Position numbers and translations under genes: made by a program | The notes under the pieces: generated by a model | What the model was told of the DNA's origin: nothing | What the model saw: only the letters and a program-made list of their open reading frames with translations | Database searches by the model: none | From: Octopus vulgaris | Lineage: Eukaryota | Length of the DNA stretch: 64,000 nt | NCBI GenBank assembly: GCA_951406725.2 | Contig: OX597817.1 | Span: 1,302,001-1,366,000, forward strand | Direction: 5' to 3' | Shown here: positions 11,924 through 26,294 of the stretch, one piece after another | Layout: each line of letters starts with the position of its first letter | Position numbering within the stretch: the stretch's first letter is position 1

Positions 11924-14369
11924 CATACATGTGTGTGTTTGTGTGTGCGTATGTAGGTATGTTTGTATCTCTACAGTATTTTTTTGTGTAAGTATATGTA
12001 TGCCTGTGTGTCAGTATTATTTACATGTGTGTAAGACATGTCATGTTAATGATGTATTTGCACGCATCACTGAAAACCCCATCCGTATTAAAAGAAACAC
12101 AGCATTAACGAAACGTATTGTCGCAAGTTTCCGGTTGTCACCTGAAGAGCCAGTTCAAGGTGTGATATGTCACGATGGAATTCGGTGAGGTGTCAAGCAT
12201 AACGTTACGGCACATTAATTGGACATCAATAGCAAGTGTTTGGCAGTTAAATATACTTTTCAACGTAACCTATAAAGTGGAAAAAGGTGAGAATTTAATC
12301 TTTATTCCATTCTTTCGTGTCTCTTTCTCCCAGCTTTTTTCCTTTTCGTCCCTTTTCTCCTTATTGATGTTTGATGTTTCATTGATGATGTTTTAATTAC
12401 GATAAGTTTGGTTATTGGATCAAATCTTACTCAGAGCGACTTTGTTTTTCTTGAATCCGAGGATAAGTTCAATAAAAATAAGTTGCTACCCTCCGAATTT
12501 TTACGGTCACGCCTCTCGGATGCCGTGGCCAACGAGAAGATTTGCTTCGAAGAGGTTTGTATCCCTTGTACGAATTATTTTCCTGCATCCGAGAGTTAGC
12601 ACATATGACAGAGACTAGAATGGTATTCCAGATGCACAGTGGGATAGTCTTGGGTTGTAATGCCTCTCAAGCCTTCTCCAAATGTCTGAAAAATACTATT
12701 TGAATTTCTTCAAGGTGCCACTGAAGCCATAAAGCAAAGTCTTCCGGCCGTCTAGTTTCATCTAGATAGAATGTGTGCTGGGTCAACGAACAGGAACAGC
12801 GTAAGTTGTTTAAAATTCCAAATGTTTGGCTACACAGTTCCTATATTTGCGATTTGCACGGTTGATCAGGACAGAACGAATAGACAGGGACTCGGTTACT
12901 GGAAAAAGAAAGCGTCATTTCCGACCAGAGCCTTCTGGTTAGTGATTTAGTTTAATGGAAGTTGACGAGAAAGAGTGGCAATAGCTAGTGGTAGGACACC
13001 TCGAAAAGGGAGACTAAGGAAAAATTGATAAGATTTATTTGATGAATAACCATAGCTAAAAATAGCTCTGCGTGTGAGCTAGTGAGAAAATTAGAATAGA
13101 GAAAGAAGAAGGGTTTCACTTCTGACCTCTCCTAGTTCTCACGTATGAGCAGGAAGATGTCCCTTCATCCTATTGAAACATAAAGGTTACATTTTCAGAG
13201 CTAAGGCGCACGCTATGAGATATGACAAACAGTAAAGCCGTCAGTTGAACATAGTTGGCAGTGGGGCGACATAACAACAAAGTCACAGTTCAGTTTTTGG
13301 CGGAGCAGTACTGGCGAGTGTTATTCGATTCCAGGAAGATGCGTTTAGCTTTCCAATGTCATTTTGCTCTACAGTTTGTGGTTAGAGACTGTAGTAATAA
13401 GCTACAGACAGTAGTGTACTGTGGTGTTTGACTTAACTGTTTTCTGTGACTCACGCAAGGAAATGGGATGAGTTGCGAAAAGCACATAACAGTGGTTGAA
13501 TGCGGCCAACTGTGTGTACTGTGCGAGGAACAAATTGCCTGGTATGGTTTGTCTGTCATTCAGGTTTTAAAGACAGACACACACACACACACACACGCGC
13601 GCACCCACGCATACACGCACACAATAAAATTGTTTGCCAGTGTACTAGGGAATACCTGTCGGAACTAGCAATAGACCGGAGAAAAGCGGGGCTGGTGGCA
13701 AATTCATTTGACGTTTGTATAAAATGCCACGTGGTATATATTCCGATGATCTGCACTCTAAGTTCAAATTCTGCTTCCAGGATGATTTAAAAATGGTATC
13801 AATCCTGAGCGGAAGTCTGACAGGACGGCTAAGGCATTGGATGGAATGGCTTTCAGTATTTTGGACCTTGGAAATCTGACCGTAAAATTGCCACAGTGTG
13901 TCGGTATTACCTTTCCCTTGGACATTAATAGCGGAGAAATAAAAAGCTTGATAGTCTTCCACAAAAATACTTGACTGGTCGCCAATCCCAAACTTGTGGC
14001 TTTCTTTCGTTTACTCTCTAATTCTTTCCCCACGCAGGGCCGTCTTATTTACTTTGTTTTTTCATACTGTTATTTTCATGTATATATATATATAATCTTT
14101 AAGTCAGGAGGGAAGGGCAGTATCTATGACGCTAAACAAGTCCTTTAAAATTACTTCGAGGAAGAGAAAAAAGGTATACTCAAACTGGGGACCAGGCTCG
14201 GATTTATGCAGAAGAATGAACTCCGCTAAAGTCATTCGATTTACCATGTAGTGGGTTAAATCCGAAGATCCGTGACAGATCATGTGTTCCACCCAAGTAG
14301 GCCATAATGGGATTTGTATAGCATCGAACACAAAGACTGCAAGGTTCGATATTCTTACAGTTCTGTCTC

Positions 14370-14510
14370 TTCATTGGCCTGGATCGATACCTTTGATCGA
14401 TCCCAAAAGGATGGAAGGCAATATTTTTTCTACGTTGGCGGAATTTGACCTCAGTGTGCAAAAATTCGGAACAGAGATCGCAAGGTATTTTATCTGCGAG
14501 TCTAATGACT
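14370..14510 (-). mobile_element. SINE family A, degenerate
   Basis: GATCGATCCCAAAAGGATGGAAGGCAA..GGCGGAATTTGACCTCAG. Confidence 0.7.
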
Positions 14511-16409
14511 ATTCCAATTCACTTCTTATGTTGATCCCTTATTCGCAGCTTTTATGGCAAAAGAATAAAATGGTTGACATTGTTTCTTATCCTCTAGAAG
14601 TCGATACCAGTTGAGTATTGGAGTCGATTAAATCGATTCTGCTCAACCTGGACAACTGAAATTTGGTACCGATCTCAAAAGCCATTATTATTTCTTTTCT
14701 CTCAGTGATTTTATTTTATTTTCTCTCAGTTTCCATGCATAACAATGTGCAGTTCTCTGCATCTTTGTTCCGTTTTGTTCTGTATTTTCATAGTTTCTAT
14801 CGCAACATGTGTGCACTGCATGTTATAAATCTCGAGGTCTTAGTTTCGTATTTGTACAACTTTATCCATTCCCAATGCTCTTATTATTAAAGGAATTGTT
14901 TCCGTGTTCAATCTCCTCGTTCTGGTTATCTCCATTTTCAGCTATTTGGAAAATCAGTCAGTATTCGTTTGAGATACATTAACGTCTTTTGGGACCGATA
15001 CTTAGATCAGGAGGTACTCCAATCTCTGACGATTCTTACCAAGAATATCCGATTGATTTCTCAAGATTTCTCTGAGCATATCCAATAATATGGTCACTTA
15101 GCCAGTTTCTGTTACATGTTTGTATCATTTCTTTTATGTCATTATTTCCTAATGCTCGGCATAATCTCACCCGTTATACCTGTACATGCATACTCTCGTG
15201 ACCAAATACTGGCACCAGAAATAATGCTATTAATGTTTCTTTAGAATATTCATATTGTCTCCAGTTACTCACACTCACACACATACACGTACTTATACAC
15301 GTACACAATATCTCATATGAAAGAATGTATTGATTCCCTCCACCCTAATTTTAGTCTGAAGACTCTCAAAAATGGTTTAGTGCTAGTTTAATATTAGGCC
15401 ATCATATATCATATATTTATAATGTGTTTTGTTATCTCTGTTAGCAGTCCTCAAGTACATATCTCTTGACACTTTCATCCGTTTTCCAACATAAATTTTG
15501 GTAACAAATATAGAAATATAACATGCTTTATCTTCAAGCGATTCTAGCCAAGTGTAACAGCTGTAAACCTTTATGCTTGGAGTATACTTTACCCCAGTCT
15601 TTTATGTCTCAAGTTTTCTAAGATATCGGATGTGTGTGCGCGTATGAGTATCAGAGAAAGAGAGATTGAGTGTGTGCATGCGTGTGTTCACGTATACATA
15701 TTTGAGTATACACACACATACACACGTATACGCACACACACGCATTATATATATATATATACATAAACACATACATACACACGTATATATGTGTATATTC
15801 GTGAGATATTTTGTGACATTTTCAAGAGGACGTCAAAATTATAAACATAAATATCTGTGCCTGCTCTTTGCTGGAATCACACACACACACACACACACAC
15901 AAACACTCAGGCACACATACACACACAACCACACAACCACACGCATGCATGCGACCACGCATAGATACACAGAACACACGTACATAGGCACACGTGCGCC
16001 ACCACATGCATCATGAACCAGAAGCAATTAACTGGAGGAAGAAAGACGTAGGTTCGAATTTAGCCAAGCTATATTATATCACAATACTAATAAAATAAAT
16101 GCAGATGAGCCAGCTAAAGAGCATGAGCATAGACCTACTAAAATAACGGTTCAATCTCTCTCGAATCACACCCTAGCGTCAGAAAAGAGGAGACAAAATA
16201 TAATGTTCTTTTAAGCGAAAAAAAAGAAAAATTCTTCCAGCTGGGGTTTTATTATTCTGCTCGATTTGGTCCGATTGGGTTAAGCAACAATACCATATTG
16301 GTGCGTTCAATATTAAATCTCTTTTCAATATTCTCTGTATTCGAATACCGCAAGGGTACATTTTCCCTCCCAGAAGCTTCATATTCTGGCAATACTAAAT
16401 AAATGTGGC

Positions 16410-17045
16410 AAATATTCCTGGTTTAGGAACAAGGTCAATCATTTTGAAGAGAGTATGTTAGTCAATATTATAACTGTCAATACTTGAGCAGTACTTCATT
16501 TTATTGACCCCAGAAGGATCAAAAGTATAGATGACCTCAGTGGAATTCGAACTCAGAATATAGAGAACTGGAACAAATATTGTCAATTCGCCGCCTGTAA
16601 TAATAGAACTTTCTAATTTTGACACAAGGCCAAGGACATTGAAGGAAGGGGCAATCGATTTACATCGACTCCAGTACTTCATTTATACTTATTTTGTCGA
16701 CTCAGGGAGGATGAAAAACAAAGTTGACCTCGGTGGAATTTGAACTCGGAACCGAAAGAACCAGAAGAAATGACGCTAAATATTTTATCCAACGTGTTAA
16801 TGATTCCGTCACTTCGCTGCCTATAATAATATTTTCCACTAAAAGCACAAGGCTTGAAATTCTGGAGGATAGGGGTAGTTGATTACATCGACTCAAGTGT
16901 TCAACCGGCACTTATTTTATCGATCCCGAAATGATGAAAGGTAAAGTCAGCCTCGGTGAAAATTGAGCTCAGAACGTAAAGGCGGACCAAATGCCGCTCA
17001 GCATTTTGTTGAATGTGCTAACTATTCTGCCAGCTTGCTGCCTTG
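16410..17045 (-). mobile_element. Three head-to-tail SINE family A copies
   Basis: Core GACCTCGGTGGAATTTGAACTC recurs near 16533, 16725 and 16950, separated by short TAA runs. Confidence 0.85.
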
Positions 17046-17069
17046 CTCCCTGTGATGATGATGATGATG

Positions 17070-17134
<65 letters not shown>

Positions 17135-17135
<1 letters not shown>

Positions 17136-17452
17136 TGTTGAGAGGGATTCTTTGGGGTTTGAATAATTCACCTCTGGAAACATGGGTGGTTTTTTCAACA
17201 TCCTTAAACAACCCTTATTCAGGGACCGTTTGAGCGGGATGGGCTACTCAACCTGAAGAAAATTCTAACTGGGCCCCACCTGCAAGGTCATGTGCTGTTT
17301 ATCTTGATATGAGATCACCATGTCGCGCACATATGGTTGTGATGCATGTGCCTGGTGTACCCTTATCAGACGGGTAGTCATGATGGGTATACTGGGCTTC
17401 GTATATTTTACCCCAGTGTCACTTTGATGGCATGAACTGCTCTCTCACTCAA
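17135..17452 (+). mobile_element. ~320-bp insertion within (TAA)n, likely the 3' UTR of a TAA-targeting RLE LINE
   Basis: Higher-GC block bounded by (TAA)n on both sides, ending ...CTCTCTCACTCAATAATAA. Confidence 0.6.
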
Positions 17453-17575
17453 TAATAATAATAATAATAATACCAAAAAAGGAAAGAGTGCCATTGTTAT
17501 CAAGTGAACGATATTTCGACATCTCGTGTGTCTTCCCCAGGCTCAAAAAATAAACTTGTTAATCTACTTTCTTCC

Positions 17576-17732
17576 GACTTTACATTCTGAGTTCAAATTC
17601 CGCCGAAGCTGACTTTGCATTTCATTCTTTCTGGGGTCGATAAAATAAGTACCAGTTGAGTACTAGGGTCGATGTAATCGAGTTACTCCCTCTTAGATAT
17701 TCCTGGTTTGGTGCCAACATTTGAAACCAATA
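17576..17732 (+). mobile_element. SINE family A copy
   Basis: TTCTGAGTTCAAATTCCGCCGAAGCTGACTTTGC..GGGGTCGATAAAATAAGTACCAG. Confidence 0.85.
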
Positions 17733-18289
17733 TTAATACATACATATGTAATTTAATTCGGAAATTAAATAGCTCTCAAATAAACTTTATTTAACATTAC
17801 ACTTTTTGCTTTGTGTGGGTTACCCACAGTTCGTATCTCACTGCAGTTAATAGCTAACCCCTTACTGTTGAAATTATATAACTATAAGATTATTTCATTA
17901 ATTCAGTAGAGAATTGATGGGAAACACATTTAGTATCAAAGGGGAATTGTAAGTACTCCAGAACCTGCATGTGCCAGAGCATCTATTCCAACAAAAGTGA
18001 TTAATCATTAACTTTACAGATTCTTAGGCATTAAGCATATATTAAACGACTGTTTTGCTCTTACATATTAATTTACATAGGAATTTACAGAGACTTCGTC
18101 AGCGGTGAAGTTTCAATCTCGGGGTGGGGTGTGAGTTATACCTCTGTTTATAGAAAACTACAAATCGACATGAAGGCCTATATTACTTTCAACGTCAATT
18201 CCTTTAAGAAAAGTGTAAAGTACATGGTTCCTGGTCCCTTCCTTTAAGAAATACATGGCACTTGTCTTTATAAAAAAGATGAAATATTT

Positions 18290-18430
18290 CAGAATGCCTT
18301 TCTAGAACATGTGCATTCATGTAGGTTCGTTCAATTACATTGAACCTAAGACTTATCTTTTTTCTGATAAAATCTAGTACCATATTCGCTTTTGTAACTG
18401 ATATGTTGATCTTAAAGCCAGCAAGAAAGG
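18290..18430 (-). mobile_element. Degenerate CR1/L2-type LINE fragment (post-RT region)
   Basis: INISVTKANMVLDFIRKKIS..ERTY resembles HIxxIxxKANRxLGFIRRN..KxxY. Confidence 0.5.
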
Positions 18431-18589
18431 TTTCTGTGTCATTACTCAGTCTGCTATGTAGCAGCCAAATCTCTTTCATATCCCACACTGCTCCATATAA
18501 AAAGAAGAAAAAAAAAAGAAAAAAGACACGAGTGCCACGGACAGAAACCTTTCAGTCTTTAACTTTCTCGATCGCGTTTGACTTAGCAC

Positions 18590-19000
18590 TAAACAACAGC
18601 ACCAGCAATAACAACAACTTTTTGATGTTATTTCCACCGACATACCTTGCTACCGGTACCACGCTAGCACTCGAATTTAACTGTCTTCACTCATCGAACT
18701 CACATTTACATCTGTGTTCATACTTTTCAAAGCGTTCTTCCAATCCAATATCCCCTTTATACATAATATTGCTGAGTGGGAGGCTGAAACAAAATGTATT
18801 TTTGACGGAATCATTGTTTTGATAAGATACATTAACACTTTGTATCCGTTATTCTAAGACGTCTGAACACGTTTCTTATGAACTCGTAACCAAATTTGTC
18901 ACCCATTTTAATATCACCAAAAGTGACAGCTTTAGATGCTCTATCAATATTAAGAAGACCTCGACAGTTGAAAGTGGAAACAGATGCAATGAATGACTGT
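18590..19000 (-). mobile_element. Degenerate APE-type LINE endonuclease fragment
   Basis: VSTFNCRGLL (APE motif I) and a downstream VIAG..SAK (cf. GDFNAK). Confidence 0.35.
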
Positions 19001-19900
19001 TGGTCCAAAGGTTTCTTCTGTTCTTTTGGTAACTTTTGTTTTAGTCCTGGAGTGTGTTCATGCACGCTGTTTATCTGATATAGTTAGCGACGGATCAACC
19101 ATAAGACGAGTGGTATTGGCTTGCATGGTACTACACGCAGTCATTCATCTGAACATCTCTCTCTCTCTCTCTCTCTCTGTTTATTTATGTATCCCTTTCT
19201 CACTTTATTTATACATTTATGCATATATCTGCCTCTTCCTTTCTCTCTCTGTCTCTCTCCCGCGAGCGTGTATGCTTCGTGTATATGTTTATACCGCAAC
19301 GAACGAAAGTCAAAATACAAAAACCCAAGCAAAAGGACTGGATCAGCTCATAATCAATTTTATTTATTTGAGGCTCGAGGGGGGAATAAGAGTTAACGGC
19401 TATAGCATTTCGGATATTATCCTTCTTCAGATAGTGGAAAAAGAGGAGAAAGGACCAGGAAAAACGGGAGAAGGAGGGAAGAAGATGATAAAAGAAGAAA
19501 CCCATTGCGTCGAGAGAAGTCAAAGGGTGTGGATCTCTATGTCTGACTGCTGCATATATCCTATGCATGTATGAGTGTATGCATTCGTGCATATGAATTA
19601 ATGTGGGAATGTGTGTGTGCGTGTGAGTTTACATACACGCATGAATAAATGCATGTATGTATATATATATATTCATTTGGGTGTAGAAACTGGAGAAAGT
19701 TCTCAAAACATGTATTTGGATCTAGTCGCTGGATGACGATGCTTTACTCTGCCGATCCTCGAGGTTTGTAGATTTAATGCCGTAGTTAAAAAGACTGCAC
19801 TGCATACAAGCGAGAAATTGGGAGGGTTGGCGGAGTGGAGCAGAATTTTGACATGAATCTGTGCACATATGTAAATATACATACATACACGTGTGTGAGA

Positions 19901-19949
<49 letters not shown>

Positions 19950-22224
19950 TATATGAACTCAATAAATTTTATGTTGCAAAAATCGATGGCTTTCATTTTG
20001 TATTTTGTACGCTGTAGAAAATCTTTAATATACAAGAAAGTGTTGCTCTTTAACCTATAATAGTTGAAATATACATACGCATACATAGATTCACCCTCAA
20101 ACACAGAGACATACTCATAGTATATATAAGCACGCACACACACGCCCATATACATATATGTATGTGTGTGTGTGTGTGTACGAATAGGGGGAGTTATGCG
20201 TAAGTATTACTGTATATGTATATACATAAATATTTACAAACGTATACACGAATACATGTATGTAATGCGTGTGTGTATAACTATAGACGAGGACACACGC
20301 ACATATGTATGCGCGCACGCCCTTGTATATAAATGCTTGATAGCTACTTTCAGAATCCTGTTTCCATTCGCATAATAATCATTTCCTTAAACCATTCTGT
20401 TCTATCATTTATTTCATACATCTTCCTCCCTATTCCTCATCCTTCTCCCCATCCCTGACTCTATTTTGATTCTTCAAAAGTTTCTTTTAATTACATTGAA
20501 AATTAAACGTTAGATCTTCAAGTACATTAGCTATATAAAACACACCATGTTTTAGTTTTATTTCTTTAAATATCCATTGAAATCAAATATATAAAAGACC
20601 CCAGCTACTTCACAGATTAGCCATTCAAATCATTTTTCTATCCGCCCAAGTTTTTTTCCCCCTTGTTCTATCTTTATTTTTGATTTCCCCTACCTAATCT
20701 AAATGAATTAAATTAGCTGAAAACTCTTGCATCCTTTTTGCATGACAAAAAAAAAATAAATAAATAAATGAATAAAAATTAAATAAATAAATAAATCGTT
20801 AGAACTTTGTTGCTCCTCAGTTCACGGGTGGCAAACGCCGTACGATCGAGTATTATTCTCCGAACAAATCGAGGCTATGACGAGGTTTCCATTCACGAGT
20901 AAAGCATTTTCCCATATTGAATGCATTTAATAATTCCGAGGAACTCACCGCTGGTACAGATACCATTTCCTCTATACACCAAAATTAATAGAGCAAATCA
21001 CCCTTTAATGGATACAGCTAATTATAATTAACTTGACGTTCGATATCTACTTAAGTTTATACCATCTGAGTAAATCTATTTTCAGACATTAATGTCAGTC
21101 TTTTTAGCTTAATGGAGAATAACGTACAGTAGGGCCTGAGTTTTCAGTTACCTATCTTTGCCAAATTTCAATTCAAGACCGAAATCAACTCATTTAAATC
21201 ACATTGTTAACGCCATCAACAAATTAGCATAAACTTTTAGAGTCTTGGAGTCTTCGAAAGCATTCTGAGTTGCTGCCAGGTTGTTGGAAGCCTTCTTTAG
21301 CAGGAAGTTATGGAAATGCTTGTAAAAGTGTTAGATGTTTGGTGATAGGTTTAGGACTAAGAATGGGGAACGTAGAGTTTCATAGTACACTTCATTCAAT
21401 TTCTGCGGAATCACTTAATCAGCTGTAACACAATAATCACAATAATCTACTGTAACAAGCTCAAACTCCTCTGTACACTTTACGCAGAGGAGTGTGTTGC
21501 TACCCACCAAGAGAACTCAGTCCAGCTAGCACCAGATGACCAACCTTCGTGGAACTCTCTCTACTTTAACATAATAAGTCCTTCTGCCTAAATATGATGG
21601 GCAGAAAGTGAGCTTGAATGTATTCTTTCATTATTTTTTAAGACATCAGAGTATGATTTGAAGGTGACTTGAGCGCACTTCCTTTCAGATCAAATCAGTG
21701 CATTCTCTCAGAGGAAATTATAAAGGTAATATGAGTGATAGCAAAGAAGGACGTGAATGAGGTTTTATGTTAGAAGTTATAGTTACTCGGGTGATGGAAT
21801 TGTGGTGTAGGAGACATCTATAATGGTGTCTGCAGCATGCAGAATGTTCGATTGCAGTGGTAGCAACAGTAACTTGTTGCTTAATACCAGAGTAGTACTG
21901 ATCATAGAAACCTTTGGCCAAAGTATACGGTACTACTGTGACAATGCTGTAGACTTTTTAGAGCTACACTCACCGAGTATCATATTATCTAATGTGTACA
22001 TTTTAATGACGTGGGGTGTGATTGAATGAAATTTCGCTGCCATTTTAGGAAACAGAACAGTTTGCATAGAGAGGCTCTCTTGAAGGGTTTTGTAGCGATT
22101 AATGTTGAGGTGATGTGTTAGTGATCTCTATGTAAAGTTCATTCTTTAACCAATCAAGAAAGTGCAACGCAAGATTGTTATGTTAACCTAAAGTTTAGCT
22201 TTGCTTCAACAGCACTACAGCAGT

Positions 22225-22420
22225 TCTTTCTGATATAAGTACAAAGCTTAATATTTTCTGGGGAGGGCTAGTGGATTCCATTGACCATAGTGCAACCGGT
22301 ACTTATTTTACTGGCCCCGAAAGGATGAAAGGCAAGGTCAACCTCAGAATGCAAGGCCGAAAGAAATGCTGCTAAGCATTTTGTCTGTCGCATAAACGAT
22401 TCTGCCATTTCATCGACTTA
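22225..22420 (-). mobile_element. SINE family A, degenerate
   Basis: CCCCGAAAGGATGAAAGGCAAGGTCAACCTC..GCTAAGCATTT..AACGATTCTGCC. Confidence 0.75.
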
Positions 22421-22682
22421 AAGATGTGTCATTGTAACAGGTTTTAGTCGAGCATATAGAGGATAATTATCAAAACTTGAACATCGTTGAAAGGATGTGG
22501 CTTAAATGTGATTTGGTTACTATTTCTAGCAGAAGTAGAGTCTTCCTCATTGCCTCTATATACCACAAGACAATAACATTTATGTTAACTTCTCTTCTTT
22601 CCACCCCCAAACAATGAAATCGTCTTGACACATTTGTGTCAGGAGCGAATTTATTGTTATCGATTTTTCGACTTGCAGTGGC

Positions 22683-22733
<51 letters not shown>

Positions 22734-22808
22734 CAATCTTAAACTCAAATACACAAACATACTGACATACATGTATGTGTTTGTGTATGTATGCATGTAT
22801 ATGTATGT

Positions 22809-22845
<37 letters not shown>

Positions 22846-23379
22846 ACGCATGGAATTTTATAAAGTAATGCATGTATATACATGTATATTATCTAGAAAT
22901 GACTACTGATGTCACGCATATAGTTCTGGATTCGATTATATACATCTGCATACTTGCATATCAGTTCTATTAATGCTTACTGATACACACACAGGCTCAC
23001 GTGCGCACACTCACTCACTCTCCCACACACATGCACATACATACACTCACACGTAAGCCTATTTCAACTGATATGAAATAACGGTGTCAAAGTGTAAATC
23101 TCGTGAAAAGTGTCCATATGAAGAGACCCTTCATATTTTCTTTGAGTGGTCTCAACGCGTCTCGTTTGACTTCGAAGTAGCTAAGTGCTAACACGCTGAT
23201 AATCACAATTGCTGTGGACTGTCAGATTTAGTGGCATGATGAGGGATAATAGACGTGTGCGTGCGTGTGTGTGAGAGAGAGAGAGAGAGAGACGATGCTT
23301 CATGTTTGAATTGTACTATTTCAAACATTTGTGTAGGAATTTTCTGTTCGTAACGACGATATAGCTAACCAGCGACGCA

Positions 23380-23460
<81 letters not shown>

Positions 23461-23633
23461 GTCTATCTATCTATCTATCTGTCTGTCTGTCTGTCTGTGT
23501 GTCTGTCTGTCTGTGTGTCTGTCTGTGTGTCTGTCTGTCTATGCATGTATATCATATTTACACACATACACACACACATTTATTCATACAGCATATTAAG
23601 ATAGCTACAAAAATATGCTGTCACACACACACA

Positions 23634-23681
<48 letters not shown>

Positions 23682-24094
23682 TATATATTCATACACCATA
23701 TTAAAATAATCATAAAAATATGCTGTATGAAATTGAAATTGTAAAAATTTAAATAGGCTTACGTGTGTGTGTGTGGGGGGGGTGCGTGTGTGTTTGCATG
23801 TGCGTGTGAGAGAGAGTGAATGAGTGTGCGCACATGAGCGTGTGTGTATGAGTAAGCATTAATAAATTTTGAGGATAAACATGTCTCCATATTCTATACC
23901 GCTATAATTATTGTTAGCATAGATAAAATTACCATCCACAGAAGGGAGAACGGAATTACCCTGCAACCTAAGTGACAACTCATAGTAGTCACAGACGTTA
24001 AATACTAATCGATGCGGTTAGCCGTAACCTGGAACATAACTGAGAGCTACCATCGTATCCGCCCGGATGATATACCCTTCTAAGTTCACATTAA

Positions 24095-24150
<56 letters not shown>

Positions 24151-24177
24151 GTCAACACGCTCATATATATATATATA

Positions 24178-26149
24178 TTCTTCTTCTTCTTCTTTCCCCC
24201 GTCTGTCTTGATAGACAATGGGTTGCGCCAAGGGTGGGGCCTACTTTGATGATGAGCAGCGTCTGCTGTGACTGAACAGTCCAATTCTAGAGTGGCAGTC
24301 CCTGGTACAGTTGCTGCACACGAACATCGATGGGTACGTGTGGGGTGTTGCTGCAGTTGTCCTCCTCCTGTCCCGCCTGTCCGACCACAGCTGTGCTCTC
24401 CTTTCCTCAGCCATGGAAACGCCTTTCCTCACTGTCCGACGCCAGGCAGAGCGGTCAGCAGCTGTTACCTCCCACGTGTCCACACAGATGTTGGCAGTCC
24501 TCAGGTCGCGCTTGCACACATCCCTGTATCGTAGCTGTGGACGTCCCTTGGGTCGGGATCCCGTGGTGAGTTCGCTGTACAAGATGTCTTTAGGCATGCG
24601 ACCGTCCTGCATGCGGTAGACGTGTCCGAGCCAGTGCAGTCGTCTCCGCATGAGGAGGGCATGCATGCTTGGCATATTAGTCTGTTCTAGGATGACTCCG
24701 TTTGGCACTCGGTCCTTCCAGGAGATGCCAAGGATCCGTCGAAGACACCGCATGTGGAAGCCGCCGAGGCGGCATTCTTGCCGGGTGTATGTTGTCCAGC
24801 TCTCGCTGCCGTAGAGTAGGGTGCTCAGCACGCAGGCTCGGTACACTGCGATCTTGGTGGTTATTGTGAGCATGTTGTTTTCCCACACTCTCCTGGAGAG
24901 CTTAGCCATGGCAGCAGCAGCCTTCCCAATCCGTCTGTTCAGCTCCGGCTCGAGGGACAGGCTGCTGGAGACCGTCGATCCCAGGTAAGTGAACTCGTTC
25001 ACCACCTGCAAGCTGTGGTCGCCAACATTGATGCTGGGGACCCCTCCGACGTCCTGGCCCATGATCTCTGTCTTTTTCAGGCCGATGGTAAGGCCGAACT
25101 CTTGGCAGGCATACGCCAGGGAGCTGACCAGCCTCTGGAGACCCGGCTGGTTGTGTGATGTTAGGGCGGCATCGTCAGCAAAGAGGATCTCTCTGATCAG
25201 CACCTGACGGACTTTGGTCTTAGCTCTGAGGCGCGCAAGATTGAACAATCCACCATCAGTCCTGGTGTGGAGGAACACTCCGTCGTCGGGCGTTCTGAAG
25301 GCATAGGACAGGACAAGGAGAAGAAAATTCCGAAGAGCGTCGGCGCCAGAACGCAACCCTGTTTCACTCCACTCTGGATGGGGAACGACTCCGAGGGCGA
25401 TCCGTCAAACTGCACTGTTCCCTGAATACCGTCGTGAAAGGAGGTGATGAGTTTCAGCAGTCTGGGAGGGCAACCTATCCTACCCAGGAGCGCAAACAGC
25501 CCCTCCCTGCTGACTGAGTCGAACGCCTTAGCCAGGTCGATGAAGGCCACGTATAGGGGCTGTCTCTGTTCTCGACTCTTTTCTTGAAGCTGCCTGAGTG
25601 AGAAGATCATGTCGATTGTAGACCTCTCTGCCCTAAAGCCAGACTGAGACTCGGGGTACACACGCTCTGCAAGCATTTGCAACCCCTTCAGGACCACCCT
25701 GGCAAATGCCTTACCGACAGTGCTGAGCAGTGATATGCCCCTGTAATTATTACAGTCGCTTCTGTCCCCTTTGTTTTTATACAGTGTGATGATGTTTGCG
25801 TCACGCATATCCTTAGGGACAGAGCCCTCCTCCCAGCACTGACAGAGCAGCTCGTGGAGATGGCCCAGAAGGGCTGGCTTCCCGCACTGGATGACTTCTG
25901 CGGGGATGCCGTCTTGCCCTGGTGCCTTGCCCCGAGCGAGTGAGTCAATTGCTTTGCTCAGTTCTTCCTTTGTTGGAGGCAGGTCAAGCTCCTCCATGAC
26001 AGGCAGAGCAGGAATGCCGGCGAGGGCAGACCTGGTGACCACATTCTCAGTGGAGTAGAGGTTCTGGTAATGCTCGACCCACCTCTCCATCTGCTTCGCT
26101 TGGTCCTTGATGACCCCGCCATCCCTGGACTTCAGTGGAGCAACCTTGC
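24178..26149 (-). mobile_element. Young 5'-truncated RTE-clade LINE (BovB-like) with (GAA)n tail
   Basis: RT motifs KAPGQDGIPAE, NYRGISLLS, QSGFRAERST, FIDLAKAFDSV, GVKQGCVLAPTLF, LFADDAAL, YLGS; GRP; C-terminal CxxC..H..C finger. One frameshift near 25320. Short 3' UTR, then (GAA)n. Confidence 0.95.
24241..26090 (-). pseudogene. RTE ORF2 reverse transcriptase portion, frameshifted (ORFs 25197-26090 and 24241-25356)
   Basis: The two overlapping ORFs join into one RT plus C-terminal domain; the APE domain is missing. Confidence 0.9.
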
Positions 26150-26294
26150 ATACATAAGATGAGCGTGTTGACCCAATCGGATGCGCGAGGAGCCGTGTAA
26201 GCGTTGATTTGTGCGTTCAGTTCTGGCCTGGGTTAGCTCATCATTTTTCAGTCATTCGTTTCCAATCTCACTTTAAGCCGGAATATATATATTA

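Noticed and set aside
12140-12175. CTGAAGA-GCC..GGT hammerhead-like start
   Set aside because: The GAAA core is absent (GTGA instead); at most a dead remnant
18993-19574. 193-aa ORF
   Set aside because: Runs through CT repeats and low-complexity sequence; no recognisable domain
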